From assembly GCA_900541355.1 (NCBI GenBank), contig UQJU01000002.1, positions 7,987 through 71,986 on the forward strand: a stretch of 64,000 bases of DNA, in the 5' to 3' direction. This document shows, one piece after another, positions 28,268 through 37,252 of this stretch. The translations under genes and the position numbers were made by a program. Numbering within the stretch: position 1 is the stretch's first letter; each line of letters begins with the position of its first letter. The DNA is from Candidatus Avelusimicrobium fimicolum (lineage in GTDB: Bacteria; Elusimicrobiota; Elusimicrobia; Elusimicrobiales; Elusimicrobiaceae). Under the pieces are notes generated by a model. The model was not told where the DNA came from and searched no databases. It worked only from the letters and a program-made list of their open reading frames with translations.

Positions 28268-29644
28268 ATGCTAAATACCAAACAACTTCTTTCTTTTGCA
28301 CTCATTGCAGCAGCCGCTTGGCCCGCGCAAAATGCCGTTGCGCAACTAGTAAAGCCAGGCCCCGTAGTAAAAGCAAATTCCGCCCTTGCCAAAGGGCTTG
28401 ATAATGCGGCAAACCAAGCGTTCAAAGCAACAGCAAAAATAAATATTCCCCCAGTTGCTCCAAAGGTAGCGCACTCGGTTTATCCGTCCCAAGCGCTTAG
28501 TTTTATTCCTTCTAATAAAGCACCCAAAAACACGGTACTGAACCCCAAAATTCCAGTTACACCCAGGCTGGAAACGGTGTTAATTTACGGAACTGAGCGG
28601 GAGCGTTATGCGGCCGTGCGTGAAGAATTACAAAATCTTTCTATCCAAATGCCGCCGGAGCAATCGGCCAATATCTCTAAATATCTGCGCCATTCGGTTC
28701 CGCCGGAAACTATGCGCTATATGCAAGAGCGTTACCAACAGGTGCTAAAACTTATTAATGACCACAAACAAGGAGTTACCGCTTTCTTTACCTATGCTTC
28801 TCTGCCTGGGGAAGGACGTGTACCGAATATGCAAGAAAAGAACTCTTTAAGTAGCGCAATGTATAATACGTTAATGGCTATCCGCAACTTAAAAGCGGAC
28901 TTGCCGGATGATCCGTTCCTCGCGATGCAGGATGAGTATTGGGCCACCGCATACGAAGGATTTAACCCGTTATTGTCCGGCTATATCCGCACGCAGGCCG
29001 TAATGCCCCGGGGAGATTTACGCAAATTTGACCATAAGGAATTTGACTTAATGAACCCGGACGGTACAGATTATGTACTGCCGCAGGCCGATACCTTGAT
29101 TTTGGACCCGGATGATTTGGATGAGTTGGACTCTTATGCCTATGTGCGTATGCGCCAGAAAAATCCGCCCATTACGCCCGAAAATGCCGCTATTGAACGA
29201 ACAGAACTGCTGAAACATATTCCGGCAGGTATGCACATTGCCGTTATCAACGATGATGCCCTGCCTCTTATTAACTTTAAAGCCTGGGGCGATAAGGGAT
29301 ATTTGGGCGAAGGCGCCGTCGTGGATACCTTTAAGGATGGCTTGCAATTCTTAAAGTCTATGAAATATGTCAAATATGATTTAATTCTCACCGATTTACT
29401 GGTACCAGACGGCGGCAAGAAAATGATGAAGGAATTACGCGCAAAAGACGGACGTGTCCCCGTAATTGCTATGAGCAAATATGACCGCGGGGAGGCCGGC
29501 GAGCAAGGTTTGTTTGACGTCGGTATGGATGGCTACTTGTGGTACAATAACAACGTAAATGAAGGCGCGTATGGATATATTGAGGTGCTGCGCGCTCTTA
29601 AAAATTACTATCACTACAAAGGCTTGCATAATTGGATAAGATAA
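28268..29644 (+). CDS. Sec-signal-peptide protein with C-terminal CheY-like receiver (REC) domain
   Basis: Start at MLNTKQLLSFALIAAAAWPAQNAVA|Q, which has typical n/h/c regions and an AxA site. The C-terminal ~140 aa read HIAVINDD ... DLILTDLLVPDGGK ... VPVIAMSKYD ... GMDGYL and match REC beta1/beta3/beta4/beta5, with a degenerate conserved Lys. The N-terminal ~320 aa are unassigned. Confidence 0.6.
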   Translation: MLNTKQLLSFALIAAAAWPAQNAVAQLVKPGPVVKANSALAKGLDNAANQAFKATAKINIPPVAPKVAHSVYPSQALSFIPSNKAPKNTVLNPKIPVTPRLETVLIYGTERERYAAVREELQNLSIQMPPEQSANISKYLRHSVPPETMRYMQERYQQVLKLINDHKQGVTAFFTYASLPGEGRVPNMQEKNSLSSAMYNTLMAIRNLKADLPDDPFLAMQDEYWATAYEGFNPLLSGYIRTQAVMPRGDLRKFDHKEFDLMNPDGTDYVLPQADTLILDPDDLDELDSYAYVRMRQKNPPITPENAAIERTELLKHIPAGMHIAVINDDALPLINFKAWGDKGYLGEGAVVDTFKDGLQFLKSMKYVKYDLILTDLLVPDGGKKMMKELRAKDGRVPVIAMSKYDRGEAGEQGLFDVGMDGYLWYNNNVNEGAYGYIEVLRALKNYYHYKGLHNWIR

Positions 29645-29662
29645 TTTAATTCTTCCGCAAAT

Positions 29663-29694
29663 AAAAAGGCTCCGCATAGGCGGGGCCTTTTTAT
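29663..29694. terminator. Bidirectional terminator between the REC-domain gene and the convergent histidine kinase
   Basis: aaaaaggctccgc-atag-gcggggcctttttattt. Confidence 0.7.
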
Positions 29695-29716
29695 TTAAAG
29701 GGGAAATAACCTTTTG

Positions 29717-30718
29717 CTATTTGGAGACCGAGGGCTGCTTATTATCCGCAGTTCGGGGAGATATTCCTTGCTTATGAGCCTCAGCCAAAGTTTGCGGAAT
29801 GGTAAACCAAAAGACCGACCCTTGCCCCAAGCCCGCGCTTTCCACGCCGATATCCCCACCGTGCGCGTTTATAATTTCCTGCGCAATGGAAAGGCCCAAG
29901 CCCCAACCTTGTTTTTTTAGCGTCCGGTCATTTTCGGACTGGTGGAACTTTTGAAAAATTTTGCTCTTTTCGCTGTGTAAAACCCCAGGGCCGTTATCAA
30001 TTACTTTAAAGGTCAGCCATCCGTTTGACACATAATACCGCGCTTCCACGCGTCCGCCTTGGGGCGAAAATTTAAGCGCGTTGCCAATCAAGTTGTTAAT
30101 CACTTGTGAAATACGGAAACGGTCCGCTTCTACGGTTACTTCGGCGGGATATTCACACTTTTGCAGAAAAATACCGCGCTTTTGGGCATTGACCAACTGC
30201 AAAGTGATGACGTCGTTTAAAAGTGCATTAAAATTAAACGGACGCATATCCATTTTAAACCGCCCGGACTCAATCATAGAAATATCCATTAAGTCCGCCA
30301 TCAGCATATTCATATTGTCCGTGGCTTTTAAAATATTGTTTAAGGCGATTTGCTCGTTTGTGCCGCCTGTGCCCTGGGGATTATCCATCATCAATACGGA
30401 AGTAAATCCCTGAATAGAAGAAAGCGGTTGGCGCAAATCGTGCGCAACGATAGACATAAACTTGGCGCGGATTTCGTTTAACCGGTTGAGTTCCTGGTTG
30501 GAGAGACGCAACTTTTCAACCATATGTTCCAGCACATTTACCTTGCCGGATAGTTGCATTTGCAGGGTAGCGATTTGCTGCTGGTAGTTGTGCTCGGCCT
30601 TCATAATGGTACGTTTCATTTTTTTAAGCACAAATTTGCGTGTCAGCCAATAAGTAAGTAACGACAGCAACGATGCCACCAACAACGAATATGAAGCGAT
30701 AATTTGCCAAAAGGTCAT
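29717..30718 (-). CDS. Sensor histidine kinase (single N-terminal TM, HisKA + HATPase_c)
   Basis: 333 aa. H-box FMSIVAHDLRQPL is present, along with N-box LIGNALKF and G-boxes DNGPGV ... GWGLGLSIAQ. Confidence 0.8.
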   Translation of the reverse strand: MTFWQIIASYSLLVASLLSLLTYWLTRKFVLKKMKRTIMKAEHNYQQQIATLQMQLSGKVNVLEHMVEKLRLSNQELNRLNEIRAKFMSIVAHDLRQPLSSIQGFTSVLMMDNPQGTGGTNEQIALNNILKATDNMNMLMADLMDISMIESGRFKMDMRPFNFNALLNDVITLQLVNAQKRGIFLQKCEYPAEVTVEADRFRISQVINNLIGNALKFSPQGGRVEARYYVSNGWLTFKVIDNGPGVLHSEKSKIFQKFHQSENDRTLKKQGWGLGLSIAQEIINAHGGDIGVESAGLGQGSVFWFTIPQTLAEAHKQGISPRTADNKQPSVSK

Positions 30719-30727
30719 TTCGTTCTC

Positions 30728-31366
30728 CTATTTTACGGTTAAGGCTTGCCCTAACGTCTTTTCCAAATCAGCACGGGGAACGCCCCCCTCGCGCAAGAGC
30801 CGGGGTTCTTCCGTCAAATCCACCACGCTGGAAGCCGTGGGCGATAACTGCCCGCCCAAGAAAATATAATCCACTTTTCCGTCAAATGTCTTTAAAATGG
30901 TTTCTTCGTCCGTCAGTACGGGCTGCCCGTGCAGGTTGGCACTGGTGCAAGCCATCGGGTGCGACATTTGGGATAATAACTTCACCAAAAACGGATTGCC
31001 GGGCACACGCAACCCCAGCCCTTTAAAGCCGCGCGTTAAATTTTTCCCTTGGGGTGTAGGCGGCAAAATAATAGTAATCGCCCCGGGCCAATAGGTTTGC
31101 GCCAAGCGTTCTGCGCCACCAGAAAATTGCGCCACAGCCTTAGCCTGCGCCACAGAACCCGTCAAAATTTGAAGCGGACTGGTGGCAGGACGCGCTTTGA
31201 TTTGATAAATGCGCAAAACGGATTCTTCACAAAAGGCTCCCGTGCCGATACCATACACCGTATCGGTGGGGACAACGGATACGGCCCCTTCGTCCAACGC
31301 GCGAGCGGCAGACAAAATATCGGTTTCCGTCATTTCGCTCACTTTAAAAATACGGGTCCGGCTCAT
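30728..31366 (-). CDS. tsaC: L-threonylcarbamoyladenylate synthase (YrdC/Sua5 family)
   Basis: 212 aa. VVPTDTVYGIGTGAF is the YrdC-domain signature. Confidence 0.8.
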   Translation of the reverse strand: MSRTRIFKVSEMTETDILSAARALDEGAVSVVPTDTVYGIGTGAFCEESVLRIYQIKARPATSPLQILTGSVAQAKAVAQFSGGAERLAQTYWPGAITIILPPTPQGKNLTRGFKGLGLRVPGNPFLVKLLSQMSHPMACTSANLHGQPVLTDEETILKTFDGKVDYIFLGGQLSPTASSVVDLTEEPRLLREGGVPRADLEKTLGQALTVK

Positions 31367-32051
31367 CGGTTGCCTCCTCTGTCTGTGCCGGGCGGTCCAA
31401 AATCATTACAAACTCGCCCTGCACCTTGCTCTTTTTGGATAATTCCTCCGCCAAAGAAACCGCCGTTCCCCTAATCCACTCTTCATATACCTTGGAAAGT
31501 TCCCGCGCCAAAATAACCGGGGTTTCTCCCCCCAGCGTTTTAGCAACCAATTCCAGCATTTTTACCACGCGATATGGAGATTCATACAATACCACCGGGT
31601 GATTTTGGCTATATGCCGCCGCAAGTAATTTAGCGGCCTTACCCGGTTTGCGCGGCAAAAAGCCCAAAAAGGTAAACGCTCCGCCCGTAATCCCCGCACC
31701 GGCCAAGGCACACGCCACCGCACTAGGCCCCGGCAAAGACGAAACCTTAATGCCGTTTGCCACAGCCTCTTTGACGAGTTTCCACCCCGGGTCCGAAATA
31801 CACGGTGTGCCGCAATCGGACACCAACGCACACTTTTTTCCGCTTTTCAACGCGTCCAAACAGCGCGCTACGGAACGGTCGTCGTTTTCGTTATAGCGGT
31901 AGAGCGGCTTGGAAATACCAAAATGGGAAAGTAAAATCTGGGTGCGGCGCGTATCCTCGCACAAAACGGCATCGGCGGTTTTGAGCGTTTCCAAAGCGCG
32001 CAGGGTAATATCTTGTAAATTGCCAATAGGCGTAGGAACAATATAAAGCAT
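31344..32051 (-). CDS. rsmI: 16S rRNA (cytidine1402-2'-O)-methyltransferase
   Basis: MLYIVPTPIGNLQDITLRALETLKTADAVLCEDTRRT, a near-universal RsmI N-terminus. Confidence 0.85.
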   Translation of the reverse strand: MLYIVPTPIGNLQDITLRALETLKTADAVLCEDTRRTQILLSHFGISKPLYRYNENDDRSVARCLDALKSGKKCALVSDCGTPCISDPGWKLVKEAVANGIKVSSLPGPSAVACALAGAGITGGAFTFLGFLPRKPGKAAKLLAAAYSQNHPVVLYESPYRVVKMLELVAKTLGGETPVILARELSKVYEEWIRGTAVSLAEELSKKSKVQGEFVMILDRPAQTEEATDEPDPYF

Positions 32052-32181
32052 ATAGTAAAAGTATATAAAAAAGAAAGGATAAACGGAAAATTACAAAAAT
32101 AAATGTGCCATATACCAAGCGTATTTAGTAAAATATAACTTTGTTATTTAATTCACTTCAACAGAGGAAAAACAGAAGGAA

Positions 32182-33648
32182 ATGTCTAAAATTCTGTCCA
32201 AAATCAAACTCAACACCTTCGCTATTATTTTATCTATCGTAGCGGTGGTAGCCGCACTGACTTGGATTGTGCCCAGCGGTGCTTATGACAAAATGGACGT
32301 GGACGGCCGCCAGGTCGTCGTAGCCGGAACGTATCACGCGGTGCCGGCCAACCCGCAAGGTTTATTTGATGTGTTAAAAGCCCCCATTAAAGGGTTTTCC
32401 AACACGGCTGAGGTAATTGTATTTCTGCTTGTTATCGGCGGAGTGCTTGCCGTGGTGGAAAAAACAGGCGCAATCGCCGCCGGTATTCAGGCCGCCAGCG
32501 GATTCTTCCAACGCAAACCGAAACTCCGATTTCTGTTTATCCCGCTTGGAATTATTGTATTTTCCCTGTGCGGGGCTACATTTGGTATGTGCGAAGAAGC
32601 CCTTATCTTCATCCCTATTTTTATTCCCTTAGCACTCTCGCTGGGTTACGACTCTGCCCTCGGTACGGCTATTCCGTTTATCGGCGCGGGGGTGGGTTTT
32701 GCGGCTGCATTTACCAACCCTTTTACCGTCGGTATCGCGCAGGGTATCGCCCAGGTGCCGCTTTATTCCGGCATCGGCTACCGCTTTATCATTTGGATTA
32801 TCTGCACCACTGTTGTTATCAGTTGGTTAAGCGTTTATGCGCGCAAAATCCGCAAAGACCCGACCAAAAGTTTAACCTATGAGTTTGATATTGAAAAACG
32901 CAAAGAATTAAAACTCAATAAAGAAGAAACCAAAATGACCCGCCGCCAAAAATGGGTGCTCCTGGCTTTCGGCCTGGGGATGGTGGGTTTGGTTATCGGT
33001 GTTTTAAAACCCCAAATTTGCGAAATGATTAAAGGGCTGTGGGGCGTGGATTTAATGGAAATTCTGCACTTGGAAGCCGAAGGCTGGTACATTACCGAAA
33101 TTGCCGCCTTGTTCCTGGGGGTAGGCTTTTTGTGCGGTTTCTTGGGCAAAATGAATATGCAGAAATTTACCGATGCGTTCTTTGACGGAGTGCGCGGTAT
33201 GGCGGAAATTGCAATGCTTTTGTGCTTTGCGCAGGCGATTGTGATTATCGCCAACAACGGGCATATTTTGGACACAATGCTTGACTGGATGTCTGCCGCT
33301 ATCAAACACTTGCATCCGGTGTGTGCCTCGTGGGCGGCTATGATGCTGCAAACGGTAATTGACTTTTTTATCCCCTCCGGCAGCGGCAAGGCCGTACTGA
33401 CAATGCCGATTTTGGCCCCGTTAGCCGACCTTATCGGTATTACGCGCCAAACAATGGTGCTCGCCTTCCAGTTGGGAGGCAGTTGGATGAATATGGTTAT
33501 TCCGACCGATCCCGTAACCATTGCGGCTATCGGTTTTGCGCGTATTGCTTACCCGAAATGGCTGAAATGGATGCTGCCTTTATTGATTGTAATGTATTTA
33601 TTGTCATTCTTGCTGTTAGTGCCGCCGTATTTTATGAAGTGGCAATAG
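32182..33648 (+). CDS. YfcC-family putative transporter
   Basis: 488 aa polytopic protein. Conserved blocks LTWIVPSG, VIGGVLAVVEKTGAI, FIPLGIIVFSLCGATFGMCEEA and NPFTVGIAQGIA match YfcC-family features. Confidence 0.75.
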   Translation: MSKILSKIKLNTFAIILSIVAVVAALTWIVPSGAYDKMDVDGRQVVVAGTYHAVPANPQGLFDVLKAPIKGFSNTAEVIVFLLVIGGVLAVVEKTGAIAAGIQAASGFFQRKPKLRFLFIPLGIIVFSLCGATFGMCEEALIFIPIFIPLALSLGYDSALGTAIPFIGAGVGFAAAFTNPFTVGIAQGIAQVPLYSGIGYRFIIWIICTTVVISWLSVYARKIRKDPTKSLTYEFDIEKRKELKLNKEETKMTRRQKWVLLAFGLGMVGLVIGVLKPQICEMIKGLWGVDLMEILHLEAEGWYITEIAALFLGVGFLCGFLGKMNMQKFTDAFFDGVRGMAEIAMLLCFAQAIVIIANNGHILDTMLDWMSAAIKHLHPVCASWAAMMLQTVIDFFIPSGSGKAVLTMPILAPLADLIGITRQTMVLAFQLGGSWMNMVIPTDPVTIAAIGFARIAYPKWLKWMLPLLIVMYLLSFLLLVPPYFMKWQ

Positions 33649-33762
33649 TTTTTTTACGTCCCGCCGCAATTTTTGGATTTTTATATTAAAATCCTTGTTT
33701 GAGCCGGCGGGGCGTTTTTTATTAAAAAAATGCCGTACCTAAAAAGAGGAAAACAAAAGTAA

Positions 33763-35157
33763 ATGAAAAAAATGCTGTGTAACACCTATTTTTTGGTGTT
33801 CTCCATTATGCTGTTCGTGGCCGCGCTGACTTGGATTGTCCCCTCCGGCCAATATGACCGCTTGGAGCAAGACGGACGCACCTATGCGGTGGCCGGCTCC
33901 TACCACCAAGTGGACCGCAACCCCCAAAGCGTCGGCGACATATTAGCCGCCCCGGTGGAGGGGTTTACCCAATGCGCGGAAATCATCGCATTTATTTTAG
34001 TAGTGGGTGCGTTATTTACGATTATTGAACGCACGGGCGCTATCAATACGATGATTAAAAAGGTTAGTCTGTTCTTTTCCAACAAGCCCCGTTATAAAAA
34101 ACTGTTCATACCTGTATGTATGTTTCTGTTTTCGCTATGCGGAGCCTTGTTTGGCATGGAAGAAGAAACGCTTATTTTTATCCCCATCTTTATTCCGCTT
34201 GCACTCTCTTTGGGATACGATACCGTAGTCGGTATGTCTATCCCGTTTATCGGCGCGTTTACCGGGTTTTCGTCCGCATTTGTAAACCCGTTTACCGTCG
34301 GTATCGCGCAAACGATTGCCCAACTGCCGATGTATTCCGGCTGGCAATACCGTCTGCTGATTTGGTTTGTCTTTACGTCCGTAGTGGCAGGGTTTTTTAC
34401 CTGGTACGGCGAACGGGTGCGTAAAAACCCCACCAAGAGTTTAACCTATAAAATGGACTTGGAAAAACGCGCCGAACTGAAAATCATTAACGATATAGTC
34501 GTAGATGACTCCTTCCGCTTAACACGCGCGCACAAACTGGTAATTGCTTCTTTTATTATCGGTATGGGCGTTTTATTCTACGGGGTTATCCGCTACCAAT
34601 GGTATATGATTGAAATCGCCGCAGTGTTTTTGGGCGTGTCTATTGCCAGCGCGTATTTTGGGAAACTAACATTAGACCAAGCAACCGATGCTATTATTGA
34701 CGGTGCAAAATCAATGATGGGCGTATGTATTTTAATGGCCCTTGCGCGTTCTATTGTTATTGTCGCCACCAACGGACATATTTTAGATACATTTCTGCAC
34801 GCAATGACCCAAAGCATCGGCAGCCTGCACCCGATTATAGCCTCCCAGGCAATGTTCGTTATCCAAACGGTGCTGAACTTCTTTATCGCTTCCGGCTCCG
34901 GCCAAGCGGTATTGACGATGCCGATTATGGTGCCGTTGGGCGACCTGGTAAATGTTTCGCGCCAAACAGTCATTTTGGCCTACCAGTTCGGGGAAGGCTG
35001 GGGCAACCCGATTATTCCCACCGCTCCCGTTACAATGGGGGCCTTGGCCTTGGCCGGTATTTCTTATCCGGCGTGGGTAAAGTGGTTCTTAAAATTAGAG
35101 ATTATTTTAGTGGTGCTCTCTATGTTATTGCTGATACCTGCCTATTATATTTGGTAA
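33763..35157 (+). CDS. YfcC-family putative transporter (tandem paralog)
   Basis: 464 aa. Co-linear with the upstream paralog at roughly 50% identity, sharing the same blocks (LTWIVPSG, FIPVCMFLFSLCGALFGMEEE, NPFTVGIAQTIA). Confidence 0.75.
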   Translation: MKKMLCNTYFLVFSIMLFVAALTWIVPSGQYDRLEQDGRTYAVAGSYHQVDRNPQSVGDILAAPVEGFTQCAEIIAFILVVGALFTIIERTGAINTMIKKVSLFFSNKPRYKKLFIPVCMFLFSLCGALFGMEEETLIFIPIFIPLALSLGYDTVVGMSIPFIGAFTGFSSAFVNPFTVGIAQTIAQLPMYSGWQYRLLIWFVFTSVVAGFFTWYGERVRKNPTKSLTYKMDLEKRAELKIINDIVVDDSFRLTRAHKLVIASFIIGMGVLFYGVIRYQWYMIEIAAVFLGVSIASAYFGKLTLDQATDAIIDGAKSMMGVCILMALARSIVIVATNGHILDTFLHAMTQSIGSLHPIIASQAMFVIQTVLNFFIASGSGQAVLTMPIMVPLGDLVNVSRQTVILAYQFGEGWGNPIIPTAPVTMGALALAGISYPAWVKWFLKLEIILVVLSMLLLIPAYYIW

Positions 35158-35200
35158 AATGACAATAAGCCCCTTGGCCTGCCAAGGGGCTTTTTAAAAT

Positions 35201-36628
35201 ATGGTAAACGAATTAAAAACAGTTTCTTATTTTCATTGGTTGGACTGGACGGTATTTTTTGCCGTACTGTCCGCCACGGTGGCTGCCGCTGTTTATGGTA
35301 TGCGCCGGATAAACAAAAAGCGAGAAAACAAACCAGCCAAAGCATTGGACTATTTGTTAATGGGGCGTCAACTCACCCTCCCGCTGTTTGTGGCTACACT
35401 GGTAGCCACTTGGTACGGAGGAATCTTCGGCGTGAACGAAATTACGTTTAACTATGGTATTTACAATTTTGTTACACAGGGAGCCTTTTGGTATATTTCC
35501 TACTTAATTTTCGCCTTTTTTATTACCGATAAAATTGCCCGCTTCAAATCTGTTACACTGCCCGACTTAACAGGCCAAATGTTCGGTCCGAAATCAGCCA
35601 AGGTGGCTGCCATATTTACCTTCTTTTATATTACCCCGGTGGCTTATGTACTCAGTTTGGGAATGTTTTTGCATATGGTATTTGGGGTTGGTGTCCTGCC
35701 CGGTATGGTGTTGGGTACACTCTTTACAGGCTTATACAGCGCGTGGGGCGGCTTCCGCTCGGTGGTATTTTCCGACTTGGTACAATTTTTTGTAATGTGC
35801 AGCGCGGTGCTTTTAGTAGTATTGTTTTCCGTAGGAACCTTTGGCGGGTTATCGTTTTTAAAGGCTAACCTGCCGGCCTCGCACTTTACGCTAACCGGGG
35901 GCAATTCGTGGCTCAATACGCTTATTTGGGGCTTTATCGCGCTATCCACACTTATTGACCCCAGTTTTTACCAACGCTGTTTTGCCGCAAAAAATCCCCG
36001 CATTGTCAAAAAAGGCATTTTAATTTCCACCTTTATTTGGTTCTGCTTTGATTTATGCACCACGGCAGGCTCGTTGTATGCGCGGGCGGTTTTACCGCAA
36101 GCCGAGCCGGGACAGGCGTATTTCTTTTACGCTATCCAATTACTTCCGGCGGGTTTAAAGGGATTTTTTGTTGCCGGAATTTTGTCTATTATTCTTTCCA
36201 CCCTAAACTCTTTTCTGTTTATCGCATCCAATACATTAAGTTTTGACTTATTGCGCTTCCGTATTAAAAATATTGTACTTTCTAACCGCGTGTCTATTTT
36301 TCTGGTAGGAGCCTTGGCTATTTGTATGGCACATATGTTCCACGGCAGTTTTAAGGAAATTTGGCTCGTACTCGGCTCCTATTTTTCTGCCTGTTTATTG
36401 GTGCCGATTTTAATGGGATACTTATATCCGGGCCGGATAAGCGACCGCCTGTTTGTGGTTTCTTCGCTTACCAGTGCGGCGGCAATGACGGCTTGGCGCC
36501 TTGTTCCCAAAAACGAATTGTTAGAAGCATTAGACCCGTTTTATGTTGGAATTTTGACAGGACTTGTTATCCTGCTGATTTTCCGCCAAAGAGGAGGAAC
36601 TCCTATTGCGCGCATTACTTATCGGTAA
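35201..36628 (+). CDS. Sodium:solute symporter (SSS) family transporter
   Basis: 475 aa with about 13 TM segments. N-terminal region (YLLMGRQLTLPLFVATLVATWYGG) is typical of PutP/PanF-like symporters. Substrate is not assignable. Confidence 0.65.
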   Translation: MVNELKTVSYFHWLDWTVFFAVLSATVAAAVYGMRRINKKRENKPAKALDYLLMGRQLTLPLFVATLVATWYGGIFGVNEITFNYGIYNFVTQGAFWYISYLIFAFFITDKIARFKSVTLPDLTGQMFGPKSAKVAAIFTFFYITPVAYVLSLGMFLHMVFGVGVLPGMVLGTLFTGLYSAWGGFRSVVFSDLVQFFVMCSAVLLVVLFSVGTFGGLSFLKANLPASHFTLTGGNSWLNTLIWGFIALSTLIDPSFYQRCFAAKNPRIVKKGILISTFIWFCFDLCTTAGSLYARAVLPQAEPGQAYFFYAIQLLPAGLKGFFVAGILSIILSTLNSFLFIASNTLSFDLLRFRIKNIVLSNRVSIFLVGALAICMAHMFHGSFKEIWLVLGSYFSACLLVPILMGYLYPGRISDRLFVVSSLTSAAAMTAWRLVPKNELLEALDPFYVGILTGLVILLIFRQRGGTPIARITYR

Positions 36629-37226
36629 CGGGGAAACCCAAGAAGCCGCCTTTCTACAACATCTTGCCCGCCAGGCCGATTTGATTTTGGCCGCAGACGG
36701 CGGGGCTGACCGCGCTTTATCCGCCGGGGTCCGCCCGGACGTGATTATTGGGGATTTAGATTCCGTATCTCCCCAAGCCAAAAAAATATTGCCGGCAGAA
36801 AAATTTATTTTCGTCAATAACCAAAACAATACCGATTTAGAAAAGGCTCTTGACTATCTTATCGCGCACCAATGCACTCAATGCACCTTGACGGGCTTTG
36901 TCGGCGGACGGTGGGATTTTACGTTTGGAAATTTTTTATCCGTTTACCCCTATTTGGACAAAATGGATATTTGCGTGGCGGGAAAAGGGTGGAAGATTTG
37001 GCCGCTGACACACTCCGTAACAAAGACCGTCCGCCCCGGCGCCCGGGTAAGCCTTATTCCGGCGGCTGATTGCCAAAATGTTACCTTGCAGGGGCTTGTT
37101 TATCCGCTGGAACACGCAAATTTGTCCTTGGGACGCACAGGCCAAACATTAAGCAACGTGGCTAAACTTTCCGAAATAACCATATCATTTGATAAAGGTT
37201 TTTTATTACTTTACATAGAGGACTAA
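36606..37226 (+). CDS. Thiamine diphosphokinase (thiamine pyrophosphokinase)
   Basis: 206 aa. LIGNGE ... ILAADGGA ... PDVIIGDLDS is the TPK catalytic-domain motif. Overlaps the SSS gene end by 23 bp. Confidence 0.7.
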   Translation: MRALLIGNGETQEAAFLQHLARQADLILAADGGADRALSAGVRPDVIIGDLDSVSPQAKKILPAEKFIFVNNQNNTDLEKALDYLIAHQCTQCTLTGFVGGRWDFTFGNFLSVYPYLDKMDICVAGKGWKIWPLTHSVTKTVRPGARVSLIPAADCQNVTLQGLVYPLEHANLSLGRTGQTLSNVAKLSEITISFDKGFLLLYIED

Positions 37227-37252
37227 AAACGCGCCCCAAAAGAGCGCGTTTT

